A stretch of DNA of 63,805 nucleotides, the filler included, from Hyphochytrium catenoides (lineage: Eukaryota; Protista; Hyphochytriomycota): NCBI GenBank assembly GCA_900088475.1. It is 17 parts of 17 records of this genome, joined end to end, with 100 filler letters (N's around TTAATTAATTAA, not from the genome) between each part and the next. Parts side by side here need not be neighbours in the genome. Positions count along the whole stretch, not along the records: positions 1 to 27,654 come from FLMG01001058.1; 16 more parts are not named here. One strand, 5' to 3'. The notes under the pieces were generated by a model that saw nothing but the letters and a program-made list of their open reading frames with translations, searched no databases and was not told the DNA's origin. The translations under genes were made by a program, and so were the position numbers. Position 1 is the stretch's first letter. Each line of letters begins with the position of its first letter. Below, one piece after another: positions 1 through 11,700 of the stretch.

Positions 1-822
1 CCTCTCTTTACTTCGCGCATTTTAGAATATTGGCTTTATTATGGCGCGATGCTTGACCTTTGTTTGCACTTATGGGCGGAGCAACAAATGCGACTGCAAT
101 AGGACCAGAGAGACAACTGGGTTGGTGGTAACGACTTCTCTTTACGGGAGTCACATATTACCTTATCACATACAGTCCTACAGTCCTTATCATCACTACC
201 CATTTTTATACCAGAAAACTTTAAGCGACAATCTTAGGGATACGATGGGTTTCAGATCTTTCTAGGATCAGAATCTTTTGATCTCGAAACGCGGCCCTGT
301 GAAGCTTCAAAGTCCTAAAAGGCCTTGACGGAAGAAGGTCCTGAAACTCCACAAGGGACCGGTAAGGCTAGAGAGGGCCGCCAGAGAACGATTGGCAAGC
401 TTGAGCTGAGAACTGGAAAGCGCGAAAGCAGCACCGAAAGCGCGAAAGCAGCACCTTTCACAGCCTCAATCCTCAGTCCAGACACTCGCTTACGAGATGA
501 GGACAGTCTGAGGCAATCCAAGAACCAGAGGACTCAAAACATTGTCTAGGAACATGCTGTGCTTACCCAATAGAGTGCTTTGCCGCCGTGGCCCAACCCC
601 GAGTTTTTATCTTACAGAATTTTGGAACTATAGCAGGGAGCTCCCGGTATCTGCTCCCCATATCTTGACTTTCGGTCCTCCTTCCGTAGTTTCTGCTCTC
701 GGTGTTGTCTCTTTGTCATCCTTTACCAATCATAGGTCTTCCGCAACATATTCAAGCTTGACAAAGACCCTCCACAGGCTGTAGCAGCGGCTGACAAAGG
801 ACTCCAACCTAAGCGGCAAGAG

Positions 823-1928
823 TTGTTTCATACTTCATTTACTCCGCTGGTCTCTTCTCCCAACAATGGCCAGTCATCTAGCTCAAACGGAATCGTTGCT
901 TCTCTATACTCAAGGGACTTCAGGGGACCTTCACCCCCTCCATTCTCGGACGTGACGAAGACTCATGTTTGCCTCCTCCTTTCCTCTTTTAAGCGGTGGA
1001 CGGGAAGAGACCTCCTATCCGCAGTACAAGAGAAACAGAAGGCTACAGACCAACATAGCGGCGAAAAGGGAAGAGTGGAACACAAAGACATAGAGAGTGT
1101 TGAGCTATTCAAGAAGATATATGAGGCAGACTTCATCTTGGTATCACATGGCATTCAAACGGACCCTGTGTTAAACTATGGGAATCTTCAAGCGCAGAGG
1201 CTCTGGGAGACGGATTGGCGAAGCCTAACCTCAATGCCTTCACGATACACAGCCGAGGAGAGCCGAAGGACAGCGAGGAGTGAGCATCTCGCACAGGTCG
1301 CCAAAGATGGCTATATGAGGTCAGCTAGGCAAGGGGAGCCAATGGGGGCTGACGTGTTATCCATAAAAGACTTTCGTCAGTGAGAGCAAGGGACAAAAGC
1401 AGAGAGAAGGAAGACAGAGAAAGCATGGGAGAGAGAACGAAGAATAGAAGAGAGAAGAACCTGCGATAGACGAACCATCAGAGTTAAAGTTTGACTGACA
1501 TGAGGGGCATCCAACTATGGAGATGGTTAGGGCTCCACATCCTTCATTCTAAGAGTAGAAAAGATGGATATAGTACTGAGGTAAGACAGGAAGAGAAGAG
1601 ACAAGAAGAACTGACTTGTCTTGTCTATAGCGGATACTCAGGTGTTCGAGTCTCTACCAAGAAAAACCGCTTCGAAATTCTGGATGCCTTCTTATGGGAT
1701 GTTGTAGTGGACGAGAGGGAGTTCAAATGCCAATTCCAAGATGGCGAGGAGACCTCAGGAGAAGAGGAGAGAACATTACGAGAGATAGGGACGAGAGCAG
1801 ATCTGCCGGTGGTCCTTTTGGGGCCAAAAAGGGAGTTAGTTAGGAGACCCGACGGCTTGATCAAGGTTGGACAAGCCGCGGCGATTCCACGGTGGAAAGT
1901 GCTGGGAAATAGTGCCGCAGGGTGTTAG
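823..1928 (+). CDS. Stand-alone MEKHLA-domain (PAS-like) protein; intron 1320-1630; true start not resolved
   Basis: Spliced product LLSSFKRWTGRDLL...ADFILVSHGIQTDPVLNYGNLQAQRLWETDWRSLTSMPSRYTAE...DGYMS|GYSGVRVS...FLWDVV...GQAAAIPRW matches the MEKHLA pattern. The GT(1320)..AG(1630) intron restores the frame. Position 823 is a TTG, so the start is probably on an upstream exon. Confidence 0.85.
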
Positions 1929-2761
1929 GCTTCAAGGTATCTAACAGAGACACATGACTGTTTGTTTCCACTCCTTTGTCGCCTCTCATTACTCCACGGT
2001 TCCGTTTCCTTGGGTGCTGAACTAGGCTAACGTGACTTTGATGGGTAGTCCTATAGCTAGTTCTTGGAGGAGGGGACGCGAGAGCCGACTCTAAGTGTTA
2101 CGGACAGTAGTTCCTAGGTTCTGCCATTTCCCTATTCTCTTCTGCAGCTCCACAGATGCCGCCTGACCATCATCTGGTTCCCGGCAGGACTAGGCTATGC
2201 CGTCTCTTCTGTGCCTTTGTGGGCGCCGTCGATTTATAGCTAAATACGCAATGTTGAAGAGAACATCTTCGTATCTCTGATACAGGCACTGAGATTAGGT
2301 AAATTCGTGATTATCATGTTATTTATTTAGTACCTGGATGATGGCTTCATTTGTAACCTCTTTCTTTCCACTCCTCCTACTACTGTTTTACCTTCAGCAT
2401 ACTAGACGAGGCGACGAGCTGCTCTGGTCTTCAGTCAAGAGGTGAGTTGAGAGACACTGCAGACGAGAAGAAGATAAGATAGCAGGCAGAGGCTTGAAAG
2501 AAGGATGGGGACATTGAGGGGTAGAAAGGTACAAACGGAGCTAGCGTTTGTCAAGCGGTGAGCCATATAAGGTTGAGCCCCATTGGGGGTAACGTAGCTT
2601 CACGTCCTGAGAGGAAGACTCACCGACTTCTGCATCTTCCCTGTGCGTTCCTGTCACCTTGGGGACTTATTATGGGGACGGACATGTCACGCTGCGGGCT
2701 ACTGCCATTCAGCCATCAACCATTAGGAGAGTAACAGAGGACATCCTAAGCAGATCCAGAT

Positions 2762-5700
2762 ATGGCGAAGCTGACTGCGGATCGGCCCACTTTTGACAGG
2801 CCTCACAAAGAGAAGAGAGTCAAGAGGACAAAGAAGCTTGCCAACGCTCTAGACGGAGCTGACAAACTCCAAGAGAACGAATCTGTATGGAGCTTTTAGG
2901 GTCTACTGTAGCTTTCCGCCTTAATGAGAATTGTTCATTCAAAGTATCCCCCAAATCCAACCCATAGCCACCTAACCGCCCCTTTTCCCCTCGACCCTTA
3001 GGATGATCTTGTGAAGAGTCTCCTAGGTGAAGCAACTTCCAATCCTTACAAAGCTCAAGAGGTAAGAAACGATATAGCACCAGAAGTAGTATCTCCTTTG
3101 GGCCCACCTTCCCAGAATCTACTTCGTGCTATCCTGTGCTGTCCTCTCAGTTGCGTTTACACTGAGGCACTCCGCGTTTGACTGATCTTCTTTGTTTTCA
3201 GCAACTTCAGAGAGTGCTGGGTGTCGGCGAAGTGTCCCTGGATTATCAGACTCAATCGGGCGATTCTTTAGTCAGTCTCGCTGTGGATAGTGGGTCTGTT
3301 GACATGGTCAAGTTTCTCGTGGAATGGTATGGGCCATCATCGTCCTTCAATGAGGCTCTACTTTCTCTCTTCCTTCACTGGCCATCCCTTTGGCTCCCTT
3401 TTACCTAGGTCGTATCCCCTTCCACTTGAGTCTGTACTCGGTATTTTAGTGTTAGGCTATGGTATTTATCTGAAGATGCAGTCGTCGTCCTACGTTACCC
3501 TTCCCGCTCCGACATTTCTTCTTTGCCCCCACTTTGTCGTATCCATCTCTGCCTAGTTCTCTCAATGGCTTTCCGTGTCCCTATTGCCGTACTGTCTTTT
3601 TTGCTCACACCTCGTCGCGTGCCTCCTTGATAATAAATCTTTGTCAGGAAAGCTCCGGTCAACACTCCGAACAAGAAAGGATTCACTGCACTCATGAGAG
3701 CTGCAGCAAAGGGAGACCTATCTTGCGCTACTCTTCTACTGTCTGCGGGCGCGGATATTCTATTTAAGGACAATGGGGGCATGACGGCCCTTGACTGGGC
3801 AAGAAGATTCAAACAGGAAACTGTCACATCGCTTCTTGAGACGACCGTGGCAGAGGCTGTTGCTAGGCAAAGAAGGAACTTCATTGCAGGGGCTTCTTCC
3901 GCACAGATCAGTGTTATCGTCCAGACAAATGCCAAGCTGGCTCAAGACTTAGAGAGAATTCTAGACGCCGGAGATCTACAGAAGGTCAGTAAAGAGAGAG
4001 AAAGAGATTGAGAAGTCAAACAGCGTAAGGGGTGAACAACCTTCGAAGCCTAGCGAGGATAGAGTATAAAATGAGAGAGATGGGAGACGGTCGGCGGTTC
4101 ATACTTATCCCGTGTTCTATTGTCTTTGTACTCTGACCTAACTCCTCCTCCTTTGGTTATTGTACAGCTAAAGGGGATGCTCCGAGACACTAGCTTTCCC
4201 TCTCTGTCCTCCTTTTCGGACGCCTGCAGCCAGCTGAACGTAAACGGAAACGACGCAACCTACTTCCTAAATACGGAGGCAAAGCTCAGTTCTCGTACTG
4301 CACTCTCTCTTGCTGCTTATTCGGGTGACGAAGATCTGGCCCGATCTCTCCTTTCCATTGGCGTCGAAGTTGACCATGAGAGTAGGAAGGGCCACACTGC
4401 CTTCTTCTGGGCCTGTATTTGTGGAAGACTTCCTCTATGTCTTCTCTTGCTCTCTTCTGCTGCAGACATAGAATACAAATCCAAAAAAGATGGAAAAACA
4501 GCCCTTATCTACGCTTCTATGGGAGGCAAGAGGGACATCGTAGAATTGCTGCTGAGGCGTGCCTATGATGGGTAAGTATGTGGAACAGACGACGGAAAAG
4601 AATAGAGCTACAGGGAGACAGGACAAGAGCGATATACCTTTCTCGCTCGCTCTCTTGTCCTTGTGGTGTATGTGGATATACCTTTCTCTCTCTCTCTCTT
4701 GCCCTTGTGGTGTATGGGGAGCTTTGATCGTCTGTTTCTTCTATCTTTCTTTATTTTGATGTGCGTCCTCATCGCCAGCTTCTTATGTTAGTGCCCAGAT
4801 TTGTCTACCTTCCTTCGAGTCTTGAACTTACATGCTGGTCTCTATTAGGGGTCCGTGGGTCTGGCACGTTGTGCTCTGTCTTTTTTTGCCCTTCTCACAT
4901 ACCGTTACGTTGGTTTTGGCTTCCTTGCAGTGCAATGGTACGAAGCACCGCAGCCAAGCAGTTAAAGCGACAGTCTCTAAAGCTGGAGGGGAAATGGGAG
5001 AAAGAAGGGAATGGCATGGAAAGTGGGAAAGACTGGAGTGATATCCTTTTGTCCTATCTGTACCATCGGGATAGCTCAGGTCTCTCTGCCTCGGACTACG
5101 CGGAAAAGGAGGGCCACACAGACGTTCTCTCGCTCCTTAAGTCCTCTGAGTCTCGTATCTCTGCCCGACAGTTTGAGCTGATACAACGAAAGATTAACGA
5201 GAAAGCACAGATCTGCAGCCTTGGCTGTGGGGAGGCTGTGAGGGCAGTCGATCAAGAGCGACATGAGGAGCACCTCTGCTTGAAACGGCTAGTACGCTGC
5301 GAGGACTGTGAGGAGACAATTCAATACGAAGATGTAGAGGTATTAGGCTTGAGTTCCCTCTTCTTAATCTACTTCTAGACGTCTCTCGGATACCTCTCAG
5401 TGCTTGGCAGTGTTTGGAACATGCAATTGCCCTCGTATCCTGGATAGATTTATGCCTTTAGGGCCCTGTCCCTTCCCACGCTTCTGTTCGCCACTTGCTT
5501 TGTTGCCTCTAGATGAAATCCGTTAGAGTTGTGTGCTGCGGTCTTGAAACGCTCCTCGCTTATCAAAATTTCTCAGAACCACAAGCTGATGGATTGCGGC
5601 CGACGCCTTGTCTTCTGCTCTAACCTATGGGAAGGCTGCAAGGAGAGACTACCAGTGGAGGAGAAAGAGAGGCATGAGCTCCATTTGTGTCCGAAGAGGA

Positions 5701-8700
5701 AGATTCTCTGCCCTCTCAATTGTGGAGAAGTAGTAGCGGCAGATGGATTAATAGAGCACCAGCAGGTCCTACTAGCCCACTTCCCTCTTTCCGGCTCTTC
5801 TGGGGTCTCTCCTATGTCTTCCATCCTCGACCCGTCATTACACTCCCTTCTTCTCTTTCACTCTTTGACCTCTATGAGATGCGTCATATCAACTTCTCCG
5901 CTTGATCCCGCATATCTAGATGTACACATTTGTTCCTTCTACATAAAGTGAGCATATCTCTCTCTCATCATTCGCACCCGTCCCTACCTCCTCCGTGTAG
6001 ACGAAGTGTACGTCACCATCGTGGTTTGGACAATGCCCGCATGGCTGTGGAGATGTAGTCACATCTTCGTCGCTCAAGGAGCATGAAGAGTCTTGCAGTC
6101 AGTTTATCATCCGATGCCCCCACGGCTGCGGTACAGATCTTAAAAGAGGCGATCTTTCTCTTCATGAAGACACCTTCTGCCGTCTCCCTTGTCGATGGGT
6201 AAGCAACTTCTATTCAGTTATTGATGTCCCCCAAGGCACTGAGCTTTCTCCAAGCTTCATCTCTTCAAGGCTCCAGACTCGGCAGTCTCTCTACCTGTCA
6301 TCGCTGTTCGATTCTCTTCGCTGTTTCACAACCCGAGACCTATCAATTCGTACTTCTCTTGCTGTGATACGCCATCTGCTTTTCTCACTCTCTTGCTCTC
6401 TGCATGCGGCTTTCTTTAGGCTTGTGGAGAGAGAATCTCTCCTCCTGTCAAGCGTCTGGCCCATGAAGAAGGAGAGTGCAGCTTTCGTCCTGTCCTTTGC
6501 CAACTCTGCCAGGAGTCTCAGCAGTTCCACCGTTTGAAGTGGCATCAGGACGGAGAATGCGGAGGAAAGCTTATGCTTTGTGCATATTGTTCTGGACAAG
6601 TTCCCCAGAGAGACTTTAGAGCGCATCAGAGATGGCACTGCAGCGAGAGAAGGATTAGATGTCCTCTTGGTAAGGCGAGAGATAAAGAATGACGGAGAAA
6701 GAGAGAGGGTAGGAGAGGTTGGAACTTGGGAAATGGTGTCATAGATGGATCATGGAGTCAGGACAGGGACTTACCTTGAAGGTAGGAGCCAATGAGACTA
6801 TAGAGAGGGTTTGCTGGAGGATCCGAAGGGTAAGTTTAGTTGCCTTTTGCTCTCCAGCGATTGCATATCTAATGAAAAGGCGGGAATAAAATGAAAGCCG
6901 AGAGAACGGGGCAAAAGCAAACGGAAGGCGAAGCAGAAACAGCTATGACAGATTGTCCAGTCCTAAGCTGCCGTGCCCTATCAGACTGTTTAGGCAAGCC
7001 AGTGTTGTTCCAGTCACAGCTGTGGGACGTCCCAAACCTGGGGTTGGTCCAGTCCTTTGACCAGGAGACGCACAGCTGTATCGTCCATAAGCTTCATGGA
7101 GGAAGCGAATCAGTAAACCTCAGAGACTTCTTTCTCGAGGAAGTGAGATGGGAAGAAGAGAGTTCGGAGAAAAAGGTCGAAGCCGGGGGCGGTACGTCAG
7201 ATCACTCAACTTGCTCCATAAGAGAGTCTTCCCGTCTCACGACCGCCTTCTCCACCGCTCACCTTTTCGTTTCTTGGTCTCCTCCGTCGTTCCTCCTACC
7301 CGCTTCAGCTCTATGTGGTCTTATACCTTTCAGAGATTTAGACCTGCATCTCAAGCAAGAGTGCCCTTCCCGTCTCGTTCCCTGTTCAAGAGGCTGTGGC
7401 CAGAAGGTACCGGAACGATTTCGTGAGAGGCATGAACGAGAGCAATGTGAGCTCTCCACCTCTCAATGCAGCCTTGGTTGTCTACTTCTCCTCCAAGAGA
7501 GAGAGAGAAAAGTGCACGAGCAGGAGCATTGCCCTCTGCGTTTGGTGACTTGTATTTGTGGAGCCACTCTCCCTTTTCAACAGCTTAACGACCATCAGGA
7601 GGTGGACTGCCCAGAGGCCTTTGTCCGATGTCCTTTATTCTGCCACGGAGAACGAGATGGAGATGAAATACACGAACAAAGTGATAGGAAGGGCGGCGTC
7701 AAGAGGAAAGATTTACACCGTCATGTGCGCGAGAGATGTGCGAAGCGAGTAGTCCCGTGCCCACGCTGTGCAGAGGAAGTGCTCTTTGACCAGCTTCAGA
7801 CCCATTCCTCGTCGTCTTGCCCATATTCTCTACACAAATGTCCCTTTGAATGTGGGCTGAGTATGGAGCTTCAGCATATGGCTTTGCATCAGGGGGTAGA
7901 ATGCGAGTACCGAATGATAACTTGCAGCTGTGGGGAGAGAGTTCGGTCTAAGGAGTTACAAGCGCACCGGACTCTTATCTGTCCGGCCGAGTTCGTGTTC
8001 TGCTTGCAGGGCTGTGGACTAAAGCTGAGGAGGAGAGATAGAGAGGTAAGGAGCTAAGAGAAGTTGGAGATAGAGCAAAAACCGAGTAGGGAGGACTACG
8101 GGTGGCGCAATGGATCCCCCAGTTGCTTTAGCTTTTGGTGTCTATCGTGTGAGACAAGCAGGGAAAGATCCCTCCCTTCCTTTGCCTGCAGCTTTCTAAT
8201 GCCGCTTTCTCTTTGTATACAACTCTTTGCTCGCTTCTTCTCTCATATCTAATCGGCTCAGCTTTGTCCTGACTGATGACCTTTGACTTTGGCCTTTTTA
8301 GCTCTCTTACTTCCTTCCTCTCATTTGTAGTATCATGAACTTCATCTTTGTCCCTGTGGACGCGGGCCCTGTCCTAATGGTTGCGGAGACATTCTCCCCC
8401 GCAACGAACTGCCCACACACTGCTCCTCAGTCTGCCCAAGAAGAAGGGTGGAGTGCTTCCTTTCATGCGGCGAGATGATTAGAGAAGAGGAGAGGCTGGC
8501 GCATGAGGAAATCTGTCTTCATCGCAAGATTAGCTGTGGACTTCACTCCTCTGCATGTGCCAGGCAAATTCGCTCTTGGTTACCTATCGACCCCAAGACA
8601 GGTTGATGAAAATGAACGGACACCGCATCTTTGAGGGTTGCTCTTTCTGTGTTGCCCACATCTTCCTTGCCTTCTCCTATCCTGCTACTACCTTTTTTCA

Positions 8701-11700
8701 CACCGTCAGTCTCCCTGACAGACGTGTTGTCATCGTGAGGCCTATTGGTAGGCACTCTTTACCTTGATCCACCACTTCTGCGGTCTCTGTCTAGTCCTCT
8801 TGGGACTCTAGTATGAGTCGTTCCCTTTCATTAGCTGACCATCTTTAACCACTTTGAAGGCGAAAGCAAAGTGGTTTACTGCAACCTGCATCAAGACAGC
8901 GCACTGTCTTGGGCAGTGACAGAGGGAAATGAGGCATTGCTTCTATCGCTCCTTCAGAGAACGAGAGGAAGAGAGATTGACCATGAGTCTCTTTCAGGAG
9001 AGACTCTTCTGTCACGCGCAGCAAGTAGAGGAAATCTCGCCATGGTAGAGATGTTGCTCCATTTTGGGGCGTCCCCTGACCTCGAGAGCTCGAAAGGAAG
9101 GTAAGCTCTTGCTTCTGTAAAGCTTGCGAGTTTGTGCCTGTTTGATGGCCCTTCCCACTACTGTTGCGGCTTACATTTAATGCCTGCGCACTGTTATTAG
9201 ACATCCTCTCTCTGAGGCCGCCAAGAACAACTATCTAGCAATCTGTCAACTACTGGTAGAACGAGGAGCCGATCCTGAGCGTCCAACACGTCTCAGGCGC
9301 AACGCAAGAGAGTGGGCTACAATTTGTAGGGCTGAGGAGGTGTCAACTTGGCTTGAGGAGTATCGGAGAAGGATGACGGAGTATAAGGACATTTTAGTCA
9401 TGATCAAACTGTAAGAAGGATGAGTTCTGCCACCTTCTTTCCTGGGAACCTCACCATGATTGTTTTCTTGTGGTTTCGATTTGAACGGTCTCTTTCACAA
9501 ATTTTCATAAGCCGTCCCTTATCTTCGCTTCTCAGTGCGGCGAAGAGCTTGACTTCCGTCTGCTGGCCTATGCATGGATGCATTTTCCTCCCCTATGTCG
9601 CTGGTGGCCTTCTCTTTACACTCTTTAGCGCACAGGTGGTTCTATGCTGCTCTCTGACATTCAGACATTCAACTTTATCTCCTCTCCTATGTCTTGCGTC
9701 TCAAGAGAGACGCTGGAAAGCATCCAGCCACTCATCTACAGAGGGGAGCCATACGAGCACCGTAGCCTTCATCAAGCTCGGCATCTTGTTAAGGCCTTGG
9801 GAGAAGAAATCCACTTAGCAGAGGAGAAGCTTATAGCTATGAAAGGTTGGAGAAAGGAAACTAAGTTCGAGTGGCACTCTTCGGACGAGAATGACTAACA
9901 CTTCGAGTCTTCTCCTCGCTTACCCTGTCTACATTGCACTCTATTGCAGAGGAGCTCATAAATGCGGAAGAGGCAGAGAGAAAAACGGAGGAAGTACTCA
10001 AAAGAAGTCAGGAAGAATTCAACTTCCTATTCCAACTGAGGGAGCAGCTGCAGCATGAGGAAGAGAGTTCTAGAACAGCAACAGAGAAGCATTTGAGAAA
10101 GGCTAAGGAGCTCGTACGGGTAAGAACCTTGGTTTACTCAATGATTTGGACTGCTGTCATTCCAAAAACTCACCCTCTTTCCATTTCGCGCTTTCTTTGA
10201 GTCCCGATAGGTCAAGCATCATCGGCTTGTTTGCAAACTGTACAGAGACGTGATGGACTTACGCGCTCTGCTTCTTTCTTGCTGCTTCTTTCTCCTATTA
10301 CAGCGTGTCTCTCTTCCCGGCTCCTTATTACTTTCCGTCTCTTGGCCACCGCGTTGATCTCTTGCTTCTCAGGCAATACGTTGGAAGGAGATAAGTGAAG
10401 TGGTCGCTGGGTATCCAGATTGTCCGTCTCCGTCCCTTCTGGCTCTCGCCGACTCCGTTGCGCTTTTGCTCGCCATCCCTGTCGCTGACGATGGACCTCG
10501 CACTGACAAATTGTTCTTGGCAGAGGTAAGCTGTCGCATTCCTCATTGAGTGGCGCCCAGGAACCGGTCAGAGAGTACCTCTTGTGATGACGTCTCTCTG
10601 CTCTGTTATGTCTTAAGGATCTCTCTCTCTAGATTGATTCTCTGTTTCCCTCCTCACCAGCTTTTATTTTGTGGTGTCCTTACTTTCTAATCCTCTGTAC
10701 CCTCTACCCCAGGAGACAACTTCCTCCGCACCTCAGACCCAAGAGTCATTGCCCAGCAGTGCGCAACGTTCCGGATCCCCTTACGCCGCTACTTCGGCAT
10801 CATCTCTGCCCCCATTACCCTCAGGACGCTTGATGTCGTCATGGAACCTATTAGGTCACGAGTGGAATGAAAAGAAGATGCAGCATAAGATGCTGTCTTT
10901 CACTATGAAGAAACTACAGAAAGAAACCCTTGATAGCTTGAAGGCGAAAATTGCGCCTCTTCTTCAATCAGTGGAGGATCTCGAGGTTACCCTTTCCCCT
11001 TCCTCTGATCACACAGGCCTTCCATCCTCTGCTCTTACACACTCCCGGGGTAACAGCCCCTCTGCCGCTGACTCCATGGAAGGGCCCGTAACTACTAGAG
11101 GAAGGAAGAGAGGACGGCAGAAAAGAAGCGGTGGAGTAGAAGGGGTAGCCTTACCTCCGCCTCGACCTCTCAGTCGAAATTTTCCCCCAGAACTCACTCC
11201 TGTTGGGCTTAAACCTGTTTGGACTGTCAACCGCGATGCCGCAAAGAACATTCTGGGTAGGTACTTGGCTTCGTTCTTGCCTTAGCGTCTGCCTTGCTGG
11301 CTTTGTTAGCCTTTAGCTTAGATTAACCTTGTTTATGACGCAGACTTTCCAGTCGCGACAGTCTCCACGTTCCCGACGGCAGGACCTAAGAGAGAGAACG
11401 GAGATAGCATGGAGGAAGCCCAGCCTACCGGATCATCTTCCTCAGGAGACAACACTGAAGACGAGAAAGGAGAGAAAGAGAGCACAAACGACAAAGCAAT
11501 CTCTCTTCCTTCCATCGTCCAGCGAATAGATCCGTCTCCCTTTGTGGAGCTCGTGGACTGGGTGAAGGAGATGATTTTGCATGGGAACTGGAAGACAGCG
11601 CATGAGCAGACGTGTCATCGTCTAGGACAGACTCTGTAGGTCTTTTGCCTATCCGGCAGATCCTCCTCTTCGTCCTCCTTCGATATGCATTTTCTAAGAC

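Noticed and set aside
420-455. Short duplication GCGCGAAAGCAGCACC
   Set aside because: Two copies only, with no supporting context.
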